Assembly (NCBI GenBank): GCA_008632985.1
Contig: QPGO01000200.1
Location: 62,001-126,000 of the forward strand
Direction: 5' to 3'
Source: Psammoneis japonica
Taxonomy: Eukaryota
Length of the DNA stretch: 64,000 nucleotides
The position numbers were made by a program, and so were the translations under genes. Position 1 is the stretch's first letter. Every line of letters begins with the position of its first letter. Shown piece by piece: positions 1 to 11,000 of the stretch. The notes beneath the pieces are model-generated. The model searched no databases, was not told the origin of the DNA, and was given only the letters and a program-made list of their open reading frames with translations.

Positions 1-1272
1 GGGTGTCTTCCGCGTGAATTGTTCGTGTGCATCATCAACTGAGACTCTATCAACATCGATATCCCCGTAAATGACCTCGGACAAATCCAAGCCGGCGTAT
101 TCTGTGAGTACTGTGTTTGCACAATGCCCATAAATATCAACGACGTTCGGCGACGAAGATAATCTTTCCATGACAAGCGCATCGCGTCGATGACGATCCA
201 AGTTACGAGGATCGAGTTCGTGCTCTCCCTTCATCACTTTGAGAACGGCGGGGGCACTGAAGGACCCATCACGGCTAACAGCACCACGTGCCTCGGCATG
301 TGGGTCGACTTTCCATACACTCCTCCACAGTCCGCTCCCAACGAAGCCACTTTTCTTTGCGGTCACTGTAACTCCTTTCGCCAGGCGAAAAGATTCTCGT
401 AAGTCAATCTCATGAATATCATTGCACGTAGGGAAGACCAAATTTTGCCACTCAGTCGCCTTGCACCCTTCTGGAAGCGCTTCGACGACAGCCATCTTTT
501 TCTTTCTGTGTCGAGGGGCTGTCTTGAATTTATTCGATAGCCCTTCTACCGCGCCACGTACTGCATCTCTTGCGGAAGTTCCTAGGACCTGTCCTCCATC
601 TCCCTTGTGCTTTTGCTGCAATATTTTTAAACGCTCTTTGAGCTTTCCAGCAGAGAGTTCGTGTTGAAATGGATCATCATTATCTCTCCACCCCATCGTA
701 GGCTTGTTGCCATATTTTGATTGGACGTACAGCCAAACTAACAAAGACAGGATTAGACTAACAGTGCATTTGCGGCCACCAATTATTGCTCCGTGGTTTC
801 GTTTTCGACGGCGTCGTCGTTTGCTGCCGTAGCTTTCAGCGCTATTCATGGAGGGATCTTGCTCCGATTCAAAGGCATACGACGGCGACGTTATTCCCGT
901 CGCACGTCGTCGTACTGAAGTTACATGGCCGTACATTCCTTCCTCCTGTGAGTATGAAGGACTCTGGAGAGAAGAGGAGAGGCTGCGCCTGGCGCTTTCA
1001 TCATTCAAGGACGACGATTCAGTGTCAGAAGACGATGATTCATCTTCATTGCTGCTTGTGCTGTCTGAACGCAGATCACTGCCACTGTAAGAAGACGCAC
1101 TGTCGTCGCTGTGCTCTTCTTGGTCGTCCCAATTAATCTCATTCTCATGTGACGCCTGGACTCGACGGAACATGCTTTTAGGGTGGACGGGTCGCCGCCA
1201 TCGTGAAACAACAATCGAACGAGAGCAAGAGCAGAAAGCAAAAAGGCAAACCAAACGTGACAACCATGCCAT
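1..1272 (-). CDS. Protein kinase with a type II membrane anchor (secreted/Golgi PKDCC-like diatom family); 3' end runs off the window
   Basis: Manual translation (not in the ORF track because there is no stop): open frame from ATG 1272 or 1173 to base 1. It contains a TM segment (CTVSLILSLLVWLYV), WQNLVFPTCNDIHEIDL, a Gly-loop GFVGSGLWRSVWKV, AVLKVMK and RRDALVMERLSSSPNVVDIYGHC. Confidence 0.8.
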   Translation of the reverse strand, partial: MAWLSRLVCLFAFCSCSRSIVVSRWRRPVHPKSMFRRVQASHENEINWDDQEEHSDDSASSYSGSDLRSDSTSSNEDESSSSDTESSSLNDESARRSLSSSLQSPSYSQEEGMYGHVTSVRRRATGITSPSYAFESEQDPSMNSAESYGSKRRRRRKRNHGAIIGGRKCTVSLILSLLVWLYVQSKYGNKPTMGWRDNDDPFQHELSAGKLKERLKILQQKHKGDGGQVLGTSARDAVRGAVEGLSNKFKTAPRHRKKKMAVVEALPEGCKATEWQNLVFPTCNDIHEIDLRESFRLAKGVTVTAKKSGFVGSGLWRSVWKVDPHAEARGAVSRDGSFSAPAVLKVMKGEHELDPRNLDRHRRDALVMERLSSSPNVVDIYGHCANTVLTEYAGLDLSEVIYGDIDVDRVSVDDAHEQFTRKTP

Positions 1273-1522
1273 CCGGCACATGCAACATTCCTAATTCTGG
1301 ATTCCGCGCTCTACGCTCACGTCGTGTGTTATCTTTATACGACCAAAATGACCGGGGTCATAGACAGAAGACAAAAATACTCGCGGTGACGACGGGAAGT
1401 GCCATGAAGTCGCGCCACTCCTCACAAAATCTCTCATTTTCCGCGTGGCAACAGAGCAATTGGAAACTTTCAACGTGTACGGACATCGAGCACGTAGGAA
1501 GGCGAAATCCGGTATAAGAACT

Positions 1523-2860
1523 ATGGCGCCAGAAATGAACCACAACGGCGTGTCATCTCCTGTTCATCAAAAACCATCTCTTGGCTTTACGATTGTTGGG
1601 GACGGAGATGACGTGAGAATTCTGGTAGACGCCGGGATGATATCAACGATAAGGCAGAGTTCTCTCTGGTCTCTTTCTTCCGAACAAGCCGATTATGAGA
1701 ATCACGGGGTGGCGTGGACTTGCGAACTATGCTGCTATGAGAATGCGGATGGGTGCAGTAATATGTGCTCTGTCTGCGGCACCAAAAGGGCAGCCGAACC
1801 GAATCCCTTGCCTGAACGCGATGACGACCCGAGCAACAAGCCAAAAGACAACAAGGCAGAACATCCTGGAGCCAACATTGAAGCTGAAGCATCTTCCGGG
1901 CGTGTGGACGAAGAAGAAAAACGTGGCGAGGACCAGTATTCAGAAACCGAAGATGAAGCCAAAACGCATGTCACAGAAGATCCTATGAAGACCGAAAACG
2001 AAACCAAAACGCAAGTCAAAGAAGATCCTATGAAGAGTTTGACCAATGCAAAGGAAAGTCTCCCCAATCAGGAAGGTGAGTCACCAAAGGAAGACTTCGA
2101 AGATAGAGGAACCCAAAGGAGAGCAAGTATTTCGAGCCAAGGTTCCAAGAAGACGACGACTAGTTTCCAAGAGTTGATGTCAATGAGCTTCGCCAATTGG
2201 TCTCTCAGCGACAACGGGCCTTGGCAGTGTACGACCTGCACATACGTCAACCAAGAAACCCTTCATCTGACTTGTGCGGTGTGTGGCGAAGCTCGCACAA
2301 AATCGAATACGTCTTCCAATCAGAAATCACTTCATGATCAGTTCAACTCATCCTTGGCAAGCACTGAAGCTATGCGTTTGGCTGGTTGTGATATTGTCTT
2401 CAACGAATTTGGAGGCAAACTAATGGAAAGGGAACGTATGAACGAAACAATCGCCGATCAATTCAGGATTCTCTCAGGGCTGCAGACCCCCCAGGAAGAG
2501 AAATCTACCGAAAACGAAAACGCAAGCCCCGGAAATCTGGAAGAGTCCTGGCAAAAGCTGGAAGAAGCGAAAAGGACGATTGCCAGGCTTGAAAACCAAT
2601 TAGCCATTGAGCGCCACGAACAACAGGTGGCCGAAGAAGCCCAACGTCGGAGGCAGCTAGAGCTTCAGAGGAGAACCGAATCATCGGCAGGTGATGGCGA
2701 ATGTAGCAACTTTGATAGAAATGAATCTTCAATGGAGTTGATGGCGCAACAGAAGCTGCTTGACGACTGGAAGAATAACTGGGAAGTGCGTGAAGCACAA
2801 CTTGAGTATGTTCGTACGCAACAGGCCAATCTTCTTCAACGCTATCAGCGTTGGGAGTAG
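1523..2860 (+). CDS. Protein with two RanBP2/NZF-type zinc fingers and a C-terminal coiled coil
   Basis: ORF 1445..2860, first ATG at 1523. Motifs WTCELCCYEN..CSVC and WQCTTCTYVN..CAVC match W-x-C-x2-C-x3-N-x6-C-x2-C. E/Q/R-rich tail. Confidence 0.8.
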   Translation: MAPEMNHNGVSSPVHQKPSLGFTIVGDGDDVRILVDAGMISTIRQSSLWSLSSEQADYENHGVAWTCELCCYENADGCSNMCSVCGTKRAAEPNPLPERDDDPSNKPKDNKAEHPGANIEAEASSGRVDEEEKRGEDQYSETEDEAKTHVTEDPMKTENETKTQVKEDPMKSLTNAKESLPNQEGESPKEDFEDRGTQRRASISSQGSKKTTTSFQELMSMSFANWSLSDNGPWQCTTCTYVNQETLHLTCAVCGEARTKSNTSSNQKSLHDQFNSSLASTEAMRLAGCDIVFNEFGGKLMERERMNETIADQFRILSGLQTPQEEKSTENENASPGNLEESWQKLEEAKRTIARLENQLAIERHEQQVAEEAQRRRQLELQRRTESSAGDGECSNFDRNESSMELMAQQKLLDDWKNNWEVREAQLEYVRTQQANLLQRYQRWE

Positions 2861-2934
2861 GACTATCTCCGCTACTGTCACGGCAAACTAATAGAAAGAG
2901 AGGCTTTCGCCTCAAATTAGAGTCCAATGCGCAC

Positions 2935-3135
2935 TGCTAGGCTAGGGCCCTAGGGGCCCTAGGTAGTCAAAGTCTAGAAAGTAGATTGGGTTGAAGTCAT
3001 CCCTCTCCTGTACTCTCTCTAGAGAGTCGAGAGAGAAAGTGAGGCACAGCAGTTCAAAAGTGGTAGTACTGATGTAGATATGCCTAGAGTAGGGAATTGC
3101 GGATTGATTAGAGTAGATAGTACGTACGGTACAGT
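2935..3135. repeat. CTAG/CTAC/AGAG-rich low-complexity intergenic tract containing TAGGGCCCTA
   Basis: ctagggccctaggggccctaggtag...tctagaaagtag...ctctctagagag...gtagtact. Confidence 0.75.
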
Positions 3136-3701
3136 GCCCTACCAGCACCACCACCTGATTGCAATGGTACATACGGTGCGGCCGCGAAAAAGTGTGAGTT
3201 CGCAGTTTCGACGATAAAAACATGGCTGGCTGCCAAACAAGCCATGGTCATTGGCATTCAATAGACATTTTTCGGTTGATATCATTTTTATCATATTATT
3301 TATAATGGTCACCCAGTCACGAATACCCTCAACATCTGTCATCGTAATAGAAAGTGTTATTGTTCCTTTACCCCCATGTGCTGTGATATGGACACATGTA
3401 TTTTGTCATAAGTACTTATGATGGTCAACGTGCGAAGGTTTGTTACATAAGGGAGTCAGTCACGAGTTAAGATGAAAGAAATATGCCCTCCAGGACATTC
3501 CCGAGCAGAAAAGCGTAAGGTCATTCATCTGCCTTCTTCCCTCTTTGCGCGTTCAGTACCGGTATAGTGTTGAAATTGTTCTGTGCTTCGCAGATCGCAG
3601 ATGAAGCGGCGAAAACGTTGTGAACTGACAAAACAATCTCTTCACTTCTGAAAGAGGAGTTTTATTGAAACTCGCAGTCACTGCTAGTATTCTGGTTGCT
3701 A

Positions 3702-5043
3702 TGAATTCCCGTCCGAGAGCAACGACACCTGGTGCTGTGTATGTCACGGGCCGAGCTGCAGGTTCCTACCCTGTGTGGGGTCGAACGCAGGCTCCTCCTA
3801 CAAGTAGCCCTGACATTATCGATGCACATTGTGTTGCGACGACATCCACCGACGATAATCCCCGTACTTGTCAACCGAACATTGGCTTCACCGTCGTCGG
3901 GGATGGGACGGACACAAGGATTCTACCTTTCGACGCCACTATGCTGTCGAGTAGAAATCTGATGGACGGTCATTCTGAATCGAATAACGTGCCTTGGAAT
4001 TGCACGCTTTGCTCCTACGAGAACGCGGATAGCACGGCTCTAGCGTGCTCAGTTTGTGGTTCGACACGTACAAGTCGAGACGAACCATCAAACCCAGCTT
4101 CGAGGGCGACTGTACGAGTCGCTTCCGTGGAGTCCTTGCATCAGGAGGACGTCGTTGTTGAAGAACCTCAGATGGAAGCGTCGACGATTAGGCAATCGAG
4201 CCCCGACCATAACTTGTTGCCGAGTACTCCGACCCAGCGTCGCCGATCCTCGAGGTCTACCAGAACGCCTGGTCGACCCTCCCTGCGAAAGACTACCAGT
4301 TTCAAGCAAGCTCTCGGGACGAGCTTCGCGATTTGGTCGAAGAATGACAAAGGACCATGGACGTGTCCCTCGTGCACTTACTTGAATCAAGACTACCTTC
4401 ACCTATCTTGTGAGGTGTGTGGTAGGATCCGATCTGGATCTGTGGTTGATGATCCTGCTCTGAAGACGAAAGTTCCTTGACGGACTACTTCAATTCTTCT
4501 CTTGGGAATGGGCAATTGATGGCGCTAGAAGACCAAGAACGGGTTGTACAAGATGTGCAGCAAGGCGTGATTGAGCGGGAGCGAATGTATGAGTTGATGG
4601 AAGAACAGGCACGTATTCTTGCCGAGATGCAAGCGGAAAATTGTAGTCACTCTGTTGAAGAATCGATCAAGGACGGCCAAGAAACATCTTCCGAAACGGC
4701 CAGCACCAAGTCGCAAGTGAAAGAAACGAAGCTTGAACTCCAAAAGCTACGCGAAGAGCTAGAGACTGCTCTCGAGAGTGAGAAGAATCAACTTGAGAAG
4801 GTGGAGGAGGTCCAGCGGCAACGACGTGCTGAGATTGAACAAAGTGAAGACTTAGTCCTCGATGACCTACGTCTACAAGAAGGTTCGGCTAACACGAATC
4901 TGCCACCATCTGCGCTTGATTGGCTAGCGCAAGAACGCATGCTCGAAGACTGGAAGTCGCAACGCAAGGTTCGCGAAGAACAGCTAAATGAAGTTCGTCG
5001 ACAAGAGGATAGGGTGTTCAAGATGTACGAAAGCATGGCGTGA
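3702..5043 (+). CDS. Tandem paralogue of the upstream RanBP2-type zinc-finger protein, split near 4465 by a frameshift or a 44-nt intron
   Basis: ORFs 3665..4480 and 4477..5043 align end to end with 1445..2860: GFTVVGDG, WNCTLCSYEN..CSVC, GPWTCPSCTYLN..CEVC, FNSSL, ERERM, QERMLEDWK. Confidence 0.75.
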
Positions 5044-5194
5044 ATATTGTGCTTCGAGGACCTACATGCAACAAAATTATGTTGTCTAGCGTAACACTGT
5101 TTGGCTCCTGTAGTGGGTATAAAAAACAGATAATTATATGATTCCCTTTGCAGTCGACATGCTCTCAACTCAAGTCTCGAGAACATTCAGAACA

Positions 5195-6505
5195 TTACGC
5201 TTTAACATAAATGTCCCATCGATTGATGGACCCGCGTATGTCGTACGACTTCTTCAGTCGACCTCCAATAGGTTTTGCATTGACTGGGCGTTTCACAACT
5301 ACACGAAACCTGGCAGCCTCGTATGCCGCCTCCAGCAGCTGAGTATGTCTTGCTTCCGATTGTGCGTTTTCGCTTGTATCTTGTGAATCCAGAAGTTCGT
5401 GAAGAAGCTGCATATTTTTCTTAACCTGGGCTGATTTTGATCGAGGAGGAAACATTGGATCAAGATAGCAAACATCAGGACGTTGCGATGAGGTATCCGA
5501 CAAAGTGCAATTGTACGAGTTGATGCTTTTTGCGACGTCTATGCCGTCAGCAAGAGCAAAACTCAATTTTTGTGACAGTTCGATGGCCGTTTTAACCCGG
5601 GCATCATCTTTCTCTTCAGATTCAGCAACCAACCGAAGCCTGCGCAGAGAATCTTCAAGCAACGTCCCAATGACCGGGTCTCGTTCCACCATGTGGACCT
5701 TTGCCGCGCCACCACGTGCTATGACAACTGAGACAGAATCAAGACTCAGACGAAAGTGCCAAGACGAAGGAGAGCACGCAAATATTGAGAATCACAAACC
5801 TGAGTCCTGACCAAATCCAGCGGTAAGGTCATACACAATCGCACCGGAACGACCAGGGGCTCTAGCTGGCCCAACAGATTTTATCAGTAAGTCTTTTCCC
5901 ATTTGGCCTTTGATTCTTTTATCGAGCTTGCTACCCATTGGAGGACAGAAGTCGATAAAGAAAGGTTTTCGAACGCTTTTCGGAAATTGACGATGATCTC
6001 CCCCTCTTGTCATTCTTCTTTTTGAGAGATCTTTAGGCGGCAGCTGCTCAATGGCGATGGCATAGCTCGATGTTTCCTTGTGAGGGATAACGCGCAAACA
6101 GTGGGAGCACGTTTCCGATGCACGCACGCTTTCGGAATAGAGAGGCAGAGATGTCTTCTCGACAAGAGAATGAACAACATCGAAGAAATCCGAGGACAAA
6201 ATGTCATCCATCACACAAACTTTACTGTAGGAAGAAGGGCCTCGCCCCTCTTGTCGAGCATCGCTGGCTATTTGGAGATTACTAGAGTGGAGCTTCCCGC
6301 TGCAATTCTCCATCCCAGAGTAGTATGACTTAGACAGAAGTCCGTTCCTTTTTCTTTTCTTGACCAAGCGACGCGATTTCAGCGAGACAAAAGCGCTGAG
6401 TTGCCGTGGCACAAGCGGCGTAGCATCAGCTACCAACGCGTTAAGTAAAAGTAAAATCAAAAGAATGCAATGGCGTTCCCCAATTCCAATTTGACTTGAT
6501 CTCAT
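5195..6505 (-). CDS. RsmJ/YhiQ-like SAM-dependent rRNA methyltransferase, probably organelle-targeted; intron 5728-5799
   Basis: Motifs IVYDLTAGFGQDS, MVERDP, YLDPMFP..KSAQVKKNMQ, RVVVKRP and RWDIY. A GT-AG intron joins the two ORFs in frame. Hydrophobic N-terminus followed by SAF. Confidence 0.85.
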
Positions 6506-6618
6506 GGCGCGCAACACCCATTAAACACTACAGTAAGTAAATTGAGCCGCAATGCCGAAGACCGAACATCAACTGAAGGTGCCGGTCACGAATGCGCGCG
6601 CGAGTGATTCTTTAGAAC

Positions 6619-6730
6619 AGGGCCCTCTGCTACTCTCTACTCTCTCTACTAGAGAGTAGAGCCAGCTCTACCACTCTAGGTACTCTCTAGACGACTCTCT
6701 ACTCTAGAGAGAGCAGTGCTGTAGAGAGAG
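6619..6730. repeat. CTAC/CTAG-rich tract at the left border of repeat block 1
   Basis: agggccctctgctactctctactctctctactagagagtagagccagctctaccactctaggtactctctag. Confidence 0.75.
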
Positions 6731-8020
6731 AAAAATTAGAGGGGAGAAAAAGGGTGGGCCGAAGGTGCGGGGACAGACGGTCGAGAGGAGGAGTTGGCAA
6801 TGGCAGGATGGCGAAGAAGAAGAGCTTGGCATGTGGAGCGATGGTTGGAGAGAGCAAAGCCAAAGTCGAGGCTGAGGATTTGGGAGGCCCAGAGTTGAGG
6901 GGTTGCAGTGTGACAGGAGGAGCCGAAGCAGACCAGTGAAAGTTGTTTCCAGGCTGCATTGGAGTGGGCAAGGAGGTTGGATGGTGCGAGCAGCGAGTTG
7001 GTGAAAGTGGAAGGATGCTTGAGAGTTGGAAAGGGAGGGCGGGCTTGTCCAGGGTGGTTTGGGAGGAAGGGGTGGGATGGAGGAGGATGTTGTGTGGCTG
7101 GTTGAGGTGCCAAAAAAGAGGATGTGCTGGGGAAATGACACCCGACTCTCCACCAAGGTGGTCGAATGTGAAAGGAAGGAGGAGTGGTCCAGCTTGATTG
7201 ACAGCGTTGATGATGTCAGAGCCACGGGGCAGATGGTGTGGAGTGACCAAGAAGCTTGTCCCATGCGCTGCTGAGGCAAGCCTTGCTTGATGGGTTTTCA
7301 GGGACCAGGGACAGGCAACAAACCAGGTGCAGGAGGCGGGGAAGCTGGCGGCACAGTGACACCGATGGCCAAGAATTGGTGGGTGGATGGGGCATTTGGT
7401 GGTGTGGAACTGGGGTGAGTTGAGCACCGATGTCAGTGGGGCATTTGAGGGGGTGGTCAGCTAAGAGGCCGGCAGGGTCAAGGCAAACTTGTTGGTGGGA
7501 AAGGCATGGACCACAAAGAGGGCCCAGTGTTTCAACAATGGTGCAAACGGTGTCTCAAATGTGATTTGGTAGAAGGCCTTCATGCATTTTAGAGCATGCA
7601 AAGGTGTGGTCTCCGCAAGGGTCTGGGTGGGTGCAGCCGCATGGGCAGCTGCATTGGAGCAGATTTGAGGGAATTGTTGGGAGGCACAGCTTGTGCAGGA
7701 GAAGGAATGCAAACAAGTTTGATGAGAGCAGGTTGGAGGCGGGAGCTCAGGAAAGAGAGTGAAGGCACAGGCTTGCCAAAGGAGATGGCAGGGATGGAAG
7801 GGCTGGCTGCATGGAGGGATTGGCAAGGATCTGAGGGAGAGTGTTGTTCTTGTGATGACATGGGTGAAGGTGCTGTGCAAGACCGGTGGGAGTTGGGGTT
7901 CCCCAAACTGCCATCAGCTTCAAAATGGGTGGTGCAGTGGAGGTGCAGTGGGGTGGTGGTTCTGGGCACGACAAAAACGACCCAATGGACCAATGGACGT
8001 GGGTGAAGAAGATGCACCGG
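6730..8020 (-). mobile_element. Decayed 3' end of a non-LTR retrotransposon with a restriction-like endonuclease (zinc knuckle + RLE)
   Basis: Manual minus-strand translation around 7440-7630 gives PDPCGDHTFACSKMH..NHI*DT..LDPAGLLADHP, resembling the D-P-x-G-D-H-x-F-x-C / H-N-x-I-R-D / R-P-A-D pattern. LLPFTFDHLGG follows downstream. Confidence 0.6.
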
Positions 8021-11000
8021 TGAGAAAATGATGAGTGTCTGAAAAACTTTGCATCAGCAGACAGAGCAACATCTGCTTGATGCAATGCACACTTTGCTTT
8101 GTAAGTTTCCTTGATTCTTGAGAAAGTGTGGAGCAGGCCAGCTGGCATTGTCTGCAGTTGTTCATGACCCAGTTGTGCACATCCTGTTGGTCGCATCTTT
8201 TTCTCTTTCCCATGACTTGCTTTCTTTTTCTTCACCCCCTGCTGCTCACAAAATTTCTGGAACCATGTTGTGGTTTGCCAGCATTGCCACAGAGTCCTGT
8301 TGCTGATTCCACACATCAACAAACCACTGGGTGGTTTGGACTTTTTTCCAATGCTGCTCTGTGGTGTTTTCTGCAGGATGAGAAAATCTCTGGCAGCACC
8401 CATCACAGAGATTTGACAGCAATGTCATTGCATGCACAAGCAGTTTCTAAAACAAAAAGTGCTGAGAATGATGGCCATTTGCATTGGTCAACAGGCTGCG
8501 CACATGGAGGCACTGCTTGGTTTCATCAGTCACAAGTTTTGTTCTGAGTGGTTTGATTTTTTGCCCGAGTGGGGACAGGGCTGCAGCACTGCACTCAGGG
8601 CTCCACTTGAGTGACTCTCTGCCTGTGTGTGTGCAGCATCTGTGTGTGCCACTGCTGCTTTGCTGGTTTGTGTCCTGTTGGAGCAATCTGGCTGGCATGG
8701 TGACAGTTGGAAAACCAGAATCCTGACATTTGGGCAGGAAGAGGCAAACTGTTTCTTGGGCTTGCTTCCCAGCTTTTTGGACCAATGGTGGGTTAAAGTG
8801 GCCAATGAAACAATGGAAAAAAAGCCTCCCAATGCATTGTCAAGGGATGTTGCACACTCAACATTGACTCTGGGAGAAGGACTCTCAACTGGCTTCAAGG
8901 CATCTCCCCTTGTGTTGGTCTTGACAAGGCCAGAGAGCAGGGTTCTGCTCTGGGGAAAGAGTGGCAGGTGGGCAGAGGCAAACAGAGCAAGAGCTGCACC
9001 AACTTCCAATGACAACAGGCATTTTTGCTGCTCAGCAAAAGCCATGACAAGCAAGTGTTGTGCTTGCCATTGCGCAAATGGTCAGACTGGAACAAAGTCC
9101 CAGTCCTTTGGTGTGCTTTTCTCAAAAGATGGGACCCAGATCCTTCTCAATTGCAGTGAATGGCACACTGGTGCAATGCATTGCTGGAGCCCTGCTCCCA
9201 GTTGCACCTCCTTTGGTGGGGCCTGCCTGACATTGAGGCCACAGCTGCAATCTGTCTGGTCTGTTTTCTCATGAAGCTGTGGATTTCTCCTTTTGAGCTT
9301 GACCAGGTGTCTCAAGAAGGGGGTCTTGTCACACTGATCATTGCTTCAGAAAGAGCTGCCTTTGCTCTTGACTTTTGTTGCTTGACCAAGGCTGAGACCC
9401 CCCAATGACACTTGGTCACCATCCCTGTGCGTGTTGGTGCTGCCTCTGACTCTGCTTGGACATCTTCTCTCACCTCCTGTCTGTTTTGGGCTTTCCCTTT
9501 CTTTGTCTGGTGGGCCTGGTGCTTCAACACACTTCCTGTGCTCTGTTGCAAGTTGTTGGTTGTAAAATTGTCTGCTGTGGCATTCAAAATCTGGCACTGG
9601 AGCTGTGCAAAAAAGCAAACATTGCAGCCACTTTGCACAAAACATCTCACAAACATGATCTTGGTGAGAAGACAGCACGCCACTGTGCAAAGATCTCTCT
9701 TCACAATGTGTTGTTCTGTCACAAAAAAATGCTGCCTGTCAAGCTGTTTCGTGCACTTTGTGCTTGACACATGATTGCATTTCTCCAACCCCACAGGATT
9801 GAAGAACTTTCCCCTCCTCCTGAAACACAGGACATTGTCCACCTGTCCTGCACCTCACACCCCGAGACTCTGAACAAAGTTCCTGGTGTCCACAGCAGCT
9901 GGGGATCACCATCACAAAATCCTGCCAGCTTCAACTGCATCAAGCCCTGGCATTCAGCCTCAGTTTGGGTGAGTTGCTGGCTGGCATGCCTCTTCCCAGG
10001 CTCTTGGTCATGCTGTCACAGACCTTGCACATTGGTGTGCCATGCATGGGGTGCCAACCCACTCTGTTTGATGATGCCCCTAGTTTGTCTGCTCTGGGAG
10101 TGAGTGTTGCATGACTTGCCCCATCTGCTTGAGATCATTTGCACCTGGGTCATGTGCTCTCATTTGCAAAAATGAGATTGTTGTCTGCAGGTCCTCTGGT
10201 CACAAGTTTCTGCTTTGACAGGAAGAGCAAATTTTCAATGTTTGATGTGAGCACACTGCTTTTTCCCAAGCTTGGGGATCCAAGTGTGTTGGTGCCAGAG
10301 CAGAATTCTCTTTCTGTCCATGCTTGCTGGTGGTTCCTCTGCATGAGTTCATCTGTGTGCTGGAGCATGCTCAACTTGACCTTTCCTTCTTCCCACAGCC
10401 AACAGTCATGCCCAGATGTTTGAACATCATGGTTTCTGCAAGTGACTGTGAGAGCTCTGAAAATTTGCCATGCTCCTTCAGGGTTTTGACCATGTCCCTT
10501 GTTGTGACACTTGACTCCACTGTGTGGGGCACTCTTTCTGAGTCATTGGGCACACCACAGAATGAAGCACATTTCTTTCTGTTGACAACTTTGTTCACCA
10601 CACACACAGATTGCAAGGGGCAGCTTCAGTCAAATGCCTTCTTCCAGGCCAGGATGACTCCTTGCAGCATTCCATGTGGGGCCTTGCTCAGCTGCTCAGG
10701 AGTTCACAAAGGCCAACCACTTCACTCTCAAGTTTGATGAACATCATGTCTCCTTTTTGCTTGGCTTGCATCATGATGTCTCTTCCTTCCTTTGCATTGT
10801 CAACAATGCATGACAACAGAGCTGACTTGGTGTGGGCTTCAGGGGCCAAAAGGCATCCTCCCTTGTCATGCACCCCACATTTTTGGGTCTTCCATCAAAA
10901 CACACAGCACATGATCCTTGGATGCGCCCCTTGTCCATGTGTTTGAGTTGCTCCACTCTCTTGGTTGCTGCACATCTTTGTTTTTTTTTTCCCAAACAAC

